Positions 25,896 to 34,740 of a stretch of 64,000 nucleotides of DNA are shown in pieces. The notes beneath the pieces were generated by a model. That model had not been told where the DNA came from, ran no database searches, and saw only the letters and a list, made by a program, of their open reading frames with translations. A program made the position numbers and the translations under genes. Each line of letters begins with the position of its first letter. Position 1 is the stretch's first letter. The stretch is from Eutreptiella sp. 'Long Island Sound 2002' (taxonomy: Eukaryota; Protista; Euglenida), in NCBI GenBank assembly GCA_964036045.1, contig OZ038378.1, positions 11,532,001 through 11,596,000 of the forward strand, in the 5' to 3' direction.

Positions 25896-26531
25896 CCCAT
25901 TGACGGGGTTGAGCAGCCTAGCCAGAACCAGCACGAGTCAGCCGAGGAGCGGCTGGCGGCGCAAGCCAAAGAAATTCAAGAACTCAGAGAGCAACTCGCC
26001 CGAGTGGCAGTGAAGGAGGGGCCCCGCCTGCCCCCACTGAGCGTACCAGAAGTAAACCGAGCCCTCGAGAAGCCCCAGTTGGCACAGTGGATGAGACTCA
26101 TGCTGTCCAACATCAAGGCGTACGTGCGCCTTAGAGCTGGTGAGGTGGGGGAGATCCCCCGACCAAGTGAGTTTGGCGGCCAGGCGACGGAGGCCGCAGT
26201 CGACCCAGGAGAGCAGCTGGCGTGGAGGGTCTGGGACTGCGTGTCCCAGTCCCAGGCGGCGTATGCCCGAAGGTATGCAGGGACGCACGGAAAAACCAGC
26301 TCCGAGTCCAACCAGTACACCACGCTGGAGGAGGCATGGAAGGAACAAGGATCGGCGTTCACGTGGCGGAGCGTGAAATTCAGGGAGGTGGGAGGAGTAC
26401 TGCAATGGCAGTCGAGGCAGGGCGAGTGGATCCCTGTGGACTCGCCGCCGAGCGGGGGGTGCCAGAGGTGCGCGCAGCGGGGCTCCCCCGACGAACGCCG
26501 CTGGCACTTTAGATGCCCACACTGGTCCTGA
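25896..26531 (+). CDS. Gag-like ORF of the YR element
   Basis: Frame open from 25896 (first ATG 26091). Coiled-coil-like EERLAAQAKEIQELREQLAR and C-terminal CQRC...HFRC Cys/His knuckle-like motif. Occupies the gag position. Confidence 0.7.
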   Translation, partial: PIDGVEQPSQNQHESAEERLAAQAKEIQELREQLARVAVKEGPRLPPLSVPEVNRALEKPQLAQWMRLMLSNIKAYVRLRAGEVGEIPRPSEFGGQATEAAVDPGEQLAWRVWDCVSQSQAAYARRYAGTHGKTSSESNQYTTLEEAWKEQGSAFTWRSVKFREVGGVLQWQSRQGEWIPVDSPPSGGCQRCAQRGSPDERRWHFRCPHWS

Positions 26532-26666
26532 CAGGACCGACTGGAGCCCGGACCGGCCGCCCCGGGCTCCGGCGTTGCGGACACGGCGGCAGAGCTGCGG
26601 GCCCTCGCCCGCCGGTGGGAGACAGCAGCTCGGTCAGACGACCCCTGCTCACCGGAGGAAAGTGCC

Positions 26667-28382
26667 ATGCAGTCCTGGAGACCGAGAACCCGCTCGCAGT
26701 ACGCGTCCCGACTCCGGGCCTTGGCGGCTTACGCGGACCGCACAGGCCCGCCTGATACAGCCGCAGCACTGGCAGGCCTCCCGGCGGAGCGGGCGCAAGC
26801 CGGCGCTACAGCGTCAGCCCTGCGGGGTATTACCTCCGCGGTCAGAGCCGTGGAGGACCTCCAGTGGCTGCCCCCAACAGTCACCACCTTGCACAAACGG
26901 ATCGCGGCGGGAGCCGCATCCTCGGGCTCTCAGCCCTATCTGTCCCCAGCAGGCTTGGTCCAGCTGGTCGAAAAGGCTAGAGACTCCAGACACGGAGCAG
27001 TGTTCAGCGCATTGGCCATCATCAGCTGGGTATGCTACCTGCGGGTGGGCGAAGCAGCTGGCATCAGGGTTACTGACCTGGCTATGCCAGGCTTTGTCCA
27101 GTTTTGGAACTCCAAGACAGGGGAGGAGGGGTACACCACCCGCCCCCTGTACAGGTATGCGGACAGCGTCCGGGCGTGGCTTCATGGCCACATGGTTTCG
27201 CTGGGCCGGTCCTCAGACATGCTCGTCTGGCAGTCAGGGGAAGCGGGGTTGGAGGCAGGCATGGCCGACGCCCTGGCGAGCACCGCCCACTTCCGGGCCA
27301 GGTGGCACGCCCTGCGCAGGGGAGGCGCCGCAGCGACTTGGGCCCGTAAGCCAGACCTCGCCTACTACAAATGGTGGGGCAGATGGCAAAGCACGGCCGT
27401 GGCGATGCAATACGGCACCAAATGGTCAGACCCGGGAGTCGTTGCCCCTACGGTGCTGCCCGCATGGTCCCGTGACCAGGGGCCTTTGCCGACTCCGGAA
27501 CGCGTGGGCGTCCTGGCCCTGTGGGGATCCCCGATGTTCCCCAGTATCGCGAGCGCCCTCAACACCCCGACCAAGCGCAAGCCGAGACCTCCGCGAGGTC
27601 AGAAGCTGGAGTCCACTGCGAGCGGCACGCTTGGGGGAGAAGGCGAAGGAGACCAAACCGCGGCCGAGCTGGAGGAATCCCCAGGGGACGGCTCTGCTGA
27701 GGTGGGCCTGGGGCCTGACACAGCTCCTACCCCCCCTCCACTTCCTCCTTTGGCCTCTGCCATTGAGCGCGGCGCCGTGTCTCGGGAAGATGCGGGTCAG
27801 CTGTGCACGGTGGCGGGGCCTTTGGTGGCCCTGGGGGGGGGGGCGTGCGGGCCGGGGACGGCAGCCGGGCCCATCAATGTCGATTCCGACGTGGACACCG
27901 ACGACAACAGCGAGGATTCCGGAAGCGAGCCCTCTGGCGAATTCGCAGTCGGCAGCGCCAGGGGCTCCCCCGGGCGTCGACAGGCCGGAGTTGCCAGGTT
28001 CGTTGGACGGGAGCGTAAGCCGTGGTCCTCCAGGGCAGCCGTTGGCCCAGTCAGAGGAGGACCCGCAGCGGGCTCGAAAGCTGGAGTGGTGGGCCGTGTC
28101 TACCGCACATACGCGGGGCCGCGTCGCGCTAAGGTGGTCCTGGATGGTACGCAGGCCGTGCGATCCCGAGCCCCCGCACGCCGTCAAGCTGGGAGACCTC
28201 GTCTGGCCCAGCAGACCGGAACGCCGCAGCCCAAGCGCATCAAGCTCGGGCAGGGCGGGCGTGTCCGGACGCCGGAGGCGCAAGGCCCGGTGGAGGGTGC
28301 CTTCGTGGCTGCAGCTGAGCGTCTCAAGGCCAAGGCTTGGGGGAGGGCGGGCTCAGTGGCGTCGCCCCCCCCCCCTCTGTAA
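26667..28382 (+). CDS. Tyrosine recombinase with N-terminal SAM-like domain and long disordered C-terminal tail
   Basis: Catalytic set intact: LRVGE (R), SKTG (K), WHALRR (HxxR), WGRW, AMQY (Y). N-terminal TRSQYASRL helix. The frame is also open 45 codons upstream, to the gag stop. Confidence 0.92.
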   Translation: MQSWRPRTRSQYASRLRALAAYADRTGPPDTAAALAGLPAERAQAGATASALRGITSAVRAVEDLQWLPPTVTTLHKRIAAGAASSGSQPYLSPAGLVQLVEKARDSRHGAVFSALAIISWVCYLRVGEAAGIRVTDLAMPGFVQFWNSKTGEEGYTTRPLYRYADSVRAWLHGHMVSLGRSSDMLVWQSGEAGLEAGMADALASTAHFRARWHALRRGGAAATWARKPDLAYYKWWGRWQSTAVAMQYGTKWSDPGVVAPTVLPAWSRDQGPLPTPERVGVLALWGSPMFPSIASALNTPTKRKPRPPRGQKLESTASGTLGGEGEGDQTAAELEESPGDGSAEVGLGPDTAPTPPPLPPLASAIERGAVSREDAGQLCTVAGPLVALGGGACGPGTAAGPINVDSDVDTDDNSEDSGSEPSGEFAVGSARGSPGRRQAGVARFVGRERKPWSSRAAVGPVRGGPAAGSKAGVVGRVYRTYAGPRRAKVVLDGTQAVRSRAPARRQAGRPRLAQQTGTPQPKRIKLGQGGRVRTPEAQGPVEGAFVAAAERLKAKAWGRAGSVASPPPPL

Positions 28383-30332
28383 GGGTCCCGACAGGGGTGG
28401 GAGGGTGCAGGAACAGCCCCCCCTCTTCCTGGAGTTCATGCAGACGATCACCCCCCATTTCCACTGGATAGCCGAGCGGGAACGTTGTGGCTTGTGGATG
28501 GTTGCGAAGAGGGTGGATTTGTGGTTGAATAGAGTATTCGATACAGCCGAGGATTTCCGCTTGCAAGGGGCTTTACCCGCTCTCCTGGGCGCCTTGCGCA
28601 AGCTCCACCCGGACGCCTGGGAGGCATGCCTCCATATCAACACCTCCCCCATTCCGCGGTTCATGGGGGGGGTCGAGGATGCCATTTTGGACCGGGGGTT
28701 GGGACCGGTAGGCTCCCACCAGCTACCGGACGATCTGTGGGACGCCGTCGTACCGCCCTTCTACCACGGAGGGCTCCAGGATTTTGACGTCGAGCAAGAG
28801 TGGCAGGACGGGGATAGGGTGGTCCGAGGGGCAACCAGATGGGTGTCGCAACAGGTCCAGAGGATAGTGCAGGCGTTGAGGGGGGCGGGGGTCTACGAGG
28901 AGCCGGCTGACCCCCCCCCCCGCCCACGTGTTACCCCTTCGTCATCCCCAAATCATCCGAGAAGGTCTCCTTGATCTTGAGTTGCGTCAAGATCAACAAG
29001 AGTGACGGGGGCAAGCCCCCCACTTTTAGATTGGATTCCTGGGAGGATTTGGCTAGGTCCTTGTCGGCATTCCCGCCTGATGTGGACCTCTACGGCCTCC
29101 ACATTGACCTCAAAAATGCGTTCTGGAGCTTTTGCTTGCCCCAGGGTGCGCGCCAGGTTTTTCGCTTCCGGCCCGCCCCCGGGGCTCCGCCTGTGGCGCT
29201 GTCGCGCCTACCGTTTGGCTGGAAATACAGCCCCTATCTCTGCCAAACGAGTTTGGCACGCATTCTCCAGGGGGTACTGCCCCCCGAGATACTCCTTGTG
29301 CACTACCTCGATGACTTTTTGCTCGTCTTCACTGATAGGGAGGTGCTCAGGGAGGCGGGGCGAGTGGCAGTGCGTGCCCTGATCGAGGCTGGTTTCCTCA
29401 TAAGTCCTAAGAGTGTCCTGGACCCGGTGCCTGTGGCGTCATTCCTGGGGAAGGAGCTCGACTTGCAGGCCAGGCGGATCAGGAGCCATGAACAAGCACT
29501 GCTCCAGTTGTGGGCGGGATGGTTGAGGCTGGCGGTTGGCGCAGGCAACGACCGGCACCTCCAAAGCTTCCTGGGTTTGCTGAATTGGCATGTGCGCCCG
29601 AGGGGATTAGGTTGCCCTTTCGCGGCGGGCGCCTACTGCTGGTTGCGCTGGGGTAGGACGGTGGGGGGGGCCAAACAGCCGGCCCAGGGCTTCCCCCTGA
29701 AAATGCTGGGCAGCCTCGCAACATTGGTGGCGTTGGCGGCCGAGCCCTGGCAGGCGCCGGGCGGGGAGGCCTGGCGGCAATTGAGGACCCTCAAGTTTGG
29801 GACGGAGGATAGGCTTTCGCGATCATCTCTGTGGTGCGGGGGCGTCGTCATCTGTGTCGATGGAGCGCGCGATGCGGGGTGTTGGAGGGTTGGAGCGCTC
29901 GTGCCGGGGGTGGGTGTGCGTACGCATGTAACACCTCCTGCCCGCTTCGCCAGCCAGCAAACCACGGAACTGAGGGGAGTGGCGTGGGCTGTCAGGTTTG
30001 CAGTCAGGACGGGACACCGATCTGTTACGGTCTGTAGCGACAGTGAGGCAGCCATTGCTCAGGTCCTCAGGCTGCGCGCGACTAGCCACCTGACCCACCA
30101 CCAAACGGTCCTTCGGTCGTTGGCTAGAATCCTGTGGGTATCGGGGATCGTGCTCCGCCTCGTGTGGGTGCCCTCGGCGCTTCAGCCGGGGGACCCTATG
30201 TCCAGGGTGACGTCAGTGTTCGGAGGCTCGCAGGCCAGAGCGGAAGTCGAGGCTTGGTGCACGTGGGATGCATTGCTGGAGAATCTGGGCGAGGCTCGGG
30301 TGAGGGGGGTGGTGTGTCTCCGGGGAGGCTAG
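27950..30332 (+). CDS. Reverse transcriptase-RNase H ORF with one frameshift at the C11 tract 28911-28921; true start uncertain
   Basis: GVYEEPAD(P)n-PTCYPFVIPK across the shift, HIDLKNAF, LPFGWKYSP, HYLDDFLL, FLGKELD, LQSFLGLLNW. RNase H residues VDGA, TELRG, SDSEAA, WVPSALQPGDPMSR. Confidence 0.88.
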
Positions 30333-30381
30333 CCCCCCCCCCCCCCCACCCCCCCCCCCAGCAGAGCAGCGGCGGCAGAGC

Positions 30382-30936
30382 ATGCGCCCTCCATGTAGCA
30401 ACCTTTTTCTTTTGCTATCCGCACCTATGACCAAGCGTCGGGGCTCGCGTGGCGCCCACAAGCGACGGGGTTCCCGTGGAGCCCACCGAAAGGGTCGCCA
30501 TGGCGGACAACGGCACCAGCGTTCCGCGGACGCCCAGCAGCGCCGGGCGGCGAGGTGGAGCAGCGTGCTCCGCACCCGCCTTCGCGGCAGGTTGGCGCGC
30601 CTGTCCGTCCGCCGGGTGCTGCTCGGCAACGGGGTGCGCCTGTGCCCCCAGTGCCCCCTCCCTGACGACAGGGAGGGATTTTTGGAACGGGCGGTCCGGG
30701 ACGTGGCCGCGCGCGCGGGAGGCACGCCGCACCGCCGCACGACCCCCGCCGGCCGCAGCGTCAAACCCCCAGGGCGGCATGCCTGCTGCCAAGTCTGGGA
30801 GGTACGGCTGCCGGGGGGAGTCGCTGTGGCCTCCCTAACGGACTGGAACCAGGGACGCAGGGTTGCAGTACCCTATATATGGATCCAGGCCTGGTATGGG
30901 CTGGTGTTGCAAATTGCCCGCCTCTTCAACCCGTGA
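30382..30936 (+). CDS. Additional basic ORF inside the YR element, downstream of RNase H
   Basis: 184 codons, ATGs at 30382 and 30427. Duplicated KRRGSRGAH, Arg-rich, CPQC and HACC motifs. No recognised homologue. Confidence 0.4.
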   Translation: MRPPCSNLFLLLSAPMTKRRGSRGAHKRRGSRGAHRKGRHGGQRHQRSADAQQRRAARWSSVLRTRLRGRLARLSVRRVLLGNGVRLCPQCPLPDDREGFLERAVRDVAARAGGTPHRRTTPAGRSVKPPGRHACCQVWEVRLPGGVAVASLTDWNQGRRVAVPYIWIQAWYGLVLQIARLFNP

Positions 30937-30939
30937 GGT

Positions 30940-31650
30940 CTGACGGCTGTCGTCGTCGTCTGTGCCTGCCCGGCGCAGTGGGTGCCCCTGACGGCTTGGC
31001 CGCTGGGTGCTGATTTGGGTTTGTATTTTTGGGCCGAGTCGGTCCGCATTCCGCTGGAGCTGAAGGCCGGGTGCTGGGACTGGCCGCCTTTTACTGTTAG
31101 TGAGACTCGGAGACAGTCGTGCTCGCCTGTATCTGCCCTCTGCAGAGGTTGACTCTGGCGGCGTGGCCGCTGGGTGCGCCTGTTGTGTTGTCTTTTTACA
31201 TGGTTGGCGGCAAGGCCGCTGGGTGCTTTATTTATTCACATTTTTGGGCCAGCATCACTCCGCATCCGGCTGGGGCTGACGGCCGGTTGGTGCGATTAGC
31301 CCGCCTGTTTGTCCGCAGGGCAAGGCGACCGTCGTGATCGCCTGTATCTGTCCGCTGTGGTGGCTGTCCGGGGCGGCGTGGCCGCTGGAGGAGACCGCCG
31401 GGCTTAGGTTGTGGACCCTGTGGTGGATACCGGGATATGGCGGATACCTTTTTGGGCCGACCTCACTCCGCGTCCAGCTGGGGCTGACGGCCGGTTGGTG
31501 CGATTTACCCGCCTTTTCTGTTCGTGGGGCACGAAGACCATCGTGACCACCTGTGTCTGTCCACTGTGGTGACTGTCCGGGCGGCGCGGCCGCTGGAGGG
31601 GTCCGCCGGGGGTGGCGTTGCTGATTTGGGCCCGGTGCATGACACGATTC
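30940..31650 (+). repeat. Degenerate ~200-215-bp tandem repeat (3-4 units) in the element 3' region
   Basis: Recurrent GTCGTG.TCGCCTGTATCTG...GGCGTGGCCGCTGG...TTTTGGGCC...CACTCCGC.TCC.GCTGGGGCTGACGGCCGGTTGGTGCGATT at ~31117, ~31331 and partial copies. Confidence 0.8.
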
Positions 31651-31885
31651 CTGACCTCCCTCCACTTCAGCCTCTGGCCTCTGCCATTGAGCGCGGCGCC
31701 GTGTCTCGGGAAGATGCGGGTCAGCAGTGCACGGTGGCGGGCCCCCTGGTTGTCGTGGGGGGGGGGGGGGGTTGCTTCTGTTGCTTTGCCTTTTGCTTGA
31801 ATACTACCTCAGTTCACATTCCTCTGGGGCTTGGACCGGATGTGGGACCTGTGGTGTGGGAACCGGGTACAGCGGAGAATGAATA

Positions 31886-31992
31886 CCCAAGTCCTGTGCA
31901 GTTTTCTTGTGCTCTGCTTGTGCAAACACTAGTTGTGCCTCGTCTCAACTTTTGTTTGCGTCTCCAATGTTTAGGCAGTTTTCCTGTCTTTG
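31886..31992 (+). repeat. Internal B1-A2 junction repeat
   Basis: CCCAAGTCC...GTGCAAAC immediately followed by ACTAGTTG...CTTTG, i.e. element end joined to element start. Confidence 0.95.
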
Positions 31993-32230
31993 CCCGCCCA
32001 CCCACCCACTGACCGGCTGACCCCCTGAGAGCACCTGCCCTTTCCTGTCCCTTTTGAAACCGATTCCCTCGGGTAGAGTGGGGGATCTAACCGTGCTGCA
32101 GCGTGTGGACCAGGGTATAGGGTCAGGGTCCGTATCAGAGTGGGGTCCCGCATCCAGCGGAGTGGTCCGCAGCGCACCCGTCCATACAACCGCCGGTCTT
32201 CCGGCCTTGGTGATACTTCAGTACTGCCAT

Positions 32231-32272
32231 CCCAAGTCCTGTGCAGTTTTCTTGTGCTCTGCTTGTGCAAAC
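32231..32272 (+). repeat. Split direct repeat B2 (right terminus)
   Basis: Identical to 31886-31927 and followed by the host A-run repeat. Confidence 0.95.
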
Positions 32273-32432
32273 AAAAAAAAAATTACACGACGTGACGGTT
32301 TTTTTGTTACGCGCATTTACAGCGGGAAAAAAAAATTACACGACTTACCGCAAAAATAAAAAAATTACACGATTGGACGATTTTTTTGTACACGCGTTTA
32401 CCGTAAAAATAAAAAAATTACACGACCCTACC
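32273..32432 (+). repeat. A-run/TTACACGAC modular repeat family (host foldback element)
   Basis: Units AAAAAAATTACACGAC(TTACCGC) recur at 34560-34740, 60530-60665 and 62020-62200, and in reverse orientation at 25725-25790 and 54260-54500. Confidence 0.8.
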
Positions 32433-32892
32433 GCAAAGAAGCAATTACCAATTTTACTGAAAATGCATGCATGTAGGCGATGTGCCCACCTGTGGCCACG
32501 TAGTGGCCGCTAGGCCTATGTAGCCTGTGCCATGGGCCCTCCGGGCGCCCCAAAATTGTTGTTGTGTAGGCTATTTAGTGGCACTTGAAAAAATTTTCAC
32601 ATTTCGACTTTTTCCGAAACCCTTCTGTTGCCCCTAGCTTGGGTTTGGGTGATCATTTGGTGACAATACGGGTACTTGAGCGCCCATGGGGACCCACGTA
32701 ATGGCCACTGGGCCCATCTAGCCCGAGCCATGGGCCCCCCAAAAGCTTCGAAATTGCTCTTTGTAGGTGGTTCAATGGCATTTGGTGTGTGCACAAACTG
32801 CTTGAGCAGTTTTCCACCCTCTACAGGTCAAAATTGGAAAATTTTGCAAAAAAAAATTTTGATATTGTGACCACTCACAATGATGAAACATG

Positions 32893-33398
32893 CTATGTAA
32901 AGCATGTTTTACCCCCTCTTTATGTGTTTTTCACCCTATTTGGGTGTTGGGGGGGGGGGGGGCTCCCAAGGGGTCTAGGGCACAACCTGCTTATGTAGTT
33001 TACCAGCCTCGGCAGCTCAAAAATGGATATTTCCAAAACTGATTTTTTTTATATTCTTACCATCCAAAATGATCAAATATCCTATGTAAAGCATGTTTTA
33101 CCCCCTCTTTATGTGTTTTTCACCCTATTTGGGTGTTGGGGGGGGGGTCCCAAGGGGGCCGGGGCACAACCTGCTTATGTAGTTTACTAGCCTCGGCAGC
33201 TCAAAAATGGAATTCGGAAACGGATCTTTTTGATACTCTGACAATCCAAAATGATCAAATATCCTATATAAAGCATGCTTTAGCCCCTCTTTATGTGTTT
33301 TTCACCCTATTTGGGTGTCGGGGGGGGGGGGGGGCTCCCCAAGTGCCTTGGGCACAACCCACTTATGTAGTTTTCCAGCCTCGGCAGCTCAAAAATGG
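32893..33398 (+). repeat. Tandem repeat, ~185-bp unit x3
   Basis: CTAT.TAAAGCATG.TTTA.CCCCTCTTTATGTGTTTTTCACCCTATTTGGGTG starts at 32893, 33082 and 33264. Confidence 0.9.
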
Positions 33399-33453
33399 TC
33401 GTTCCTCTCCCCTCTTCGAGGTGCTAATCGTGCTGTGCGGGCCGTTGAAGCGC

Positions 33454-34170
33454 CCTATGGACCTATGGGGGCCTGTGGGGACCTATGGGGGCCTATGGGG
33501 AACTATCGGGGCCCGTGGGGACCTATGGGGATCTATGGGGGCCTATGGGGGCCTATGGGGACCTATGGGGGCCTATGGGGATCTATGGGGACCTATCAGG
33601 GCTTGTGGGGGCCTGTGGGGACCTATGGGGACCTATGGGGGCCTGTGGGGACCTATGGGGAACTATCGGGGCCTGTGGGGACCTATGGGGATCTATGGGG
33701 ACCTATGGGGACCTATGGGGGCCTATGGGGACCTATGGGGACCTATGGGGGCCTGTGGGGACCTATGGGGACCTATCGGGGCCAATGGGGACTTGTGGGG
33801 GCCTATGGGGACGTATGGGGACCTATGGGGGCCTATGGGGACCTAAGGGGGCCTGTGGGCACCTATGGGGACCTATCAGGGCCTGTGGGGACCCATGGGG
33901 ACCTATGGGGACCTATGGGCACCTGTTGCCACCTATGGGCACCTATGGGGACCTATGGGGGCCTATGGGGGCCTATGGGGACTCAATGGCATCTATGGGG
34001 ACATTTGGGGACCCATTGGCACCTATGGGGACCTCTGGGGGCCTATGGGCACCTATGGGGGCCTATGGGGACCTATCGGCCCCTATGGGGACCTATGGGG
34101 ACCTTTGGGGACCCATTGGCACCTATGGGGACCTACAGGGACCTATCGGGGCCTATGGGGACCTATGGGG
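33454..34170 (+). repeat. Minisatellite, 10-bp unit (A/G)CCTATGGGG, ~70 units
   Basis: Direct reading; explains the three spurious Gly-rich ORFs here. Confidence 0.97.
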
Positions 34171-34399
34171 TGGGGGGCATCAACTTTTTGCACATCCATT
34201 TGGACACCAACCCCCCCCCCCCCCCTTCCTCCAAGCATCAAATCTATATCAGGCATATCACACATCTTGTTGTGTACACTGCAAAAACAACATGCCACAC
34301 CAGACATCAGACTTTATACACAATTCTGCCATGGCCCTGTCAGGACTCTTTTCTTTGGCCTGATTTTGTGTCTAGTGCCAATGACTCCGTGTGAAACTA

Positions 34400-34740
34400 T
34401 GTTATATTGGCCGAGTCCCAACTAATTGGTGGCCACGCAGAGTACTATGTGCTTTGTGGACCCGGCGTCCCATCGTTAAGGTCGCTATGGGGTGCCATAC
34501 GGAACCGGCAGCTGTACATATTGCGCATGTATGCAAAGGTTGCATTTCTTTCAATTTTTCAATTTTTTTTATAATTTACACGATTTACAGCAAAAATAAA
34601 AAAATTACACTCCCTTACCGCAAAAATAAAAAAATTCAATTTTTTTTATAATTCACACGACTTACAGCAAAAAAAAAATTACACGCATTTACAGCAAAAA
34701 AAAAATTACACGACTAGACGGTTTTTTTGTACACGACTTA
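34400..34740 (+). repeat. Interspersed repeat shared with 61890-62200
   Basis: AATTG.TGGCCAC.CA...GGAC.CGGCGTCCCATCGTTAAGG.CGCTA.GGGGTGCC.TAC...CGGCA..TGTACATATTGC followed by the A-run module in both places. Confidence 0.85.

Larger units (their letters stand above)
25821..32272 (+). mobile_element. Tyrosine-recombinase retrotransposon (VIPER/TATE-like gene order) with split direct repeats
   Basis: gag-like ORF, YR, RT and RNase H in that order. A1 25821-25885 = A2 31928-31992 (65 bp identical). B1 31886-31927 = B2 32231-32272 (42 bp identical). B1 abuts A2. Confidence 0.93.

Noticed and set aside
33454-34170. Possible CRISPR-like array
   Set aside because: No unique spacers, eukaryotic context and no cas genes. 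The same applies to the 48-bp and 185-bp tandems.
33133-34425. Long Gly/Pro/Met/Trp-rich ORFs (237-359 aa)
   Set aside because: They are translations of the stop-free 10-bp minisatellite.
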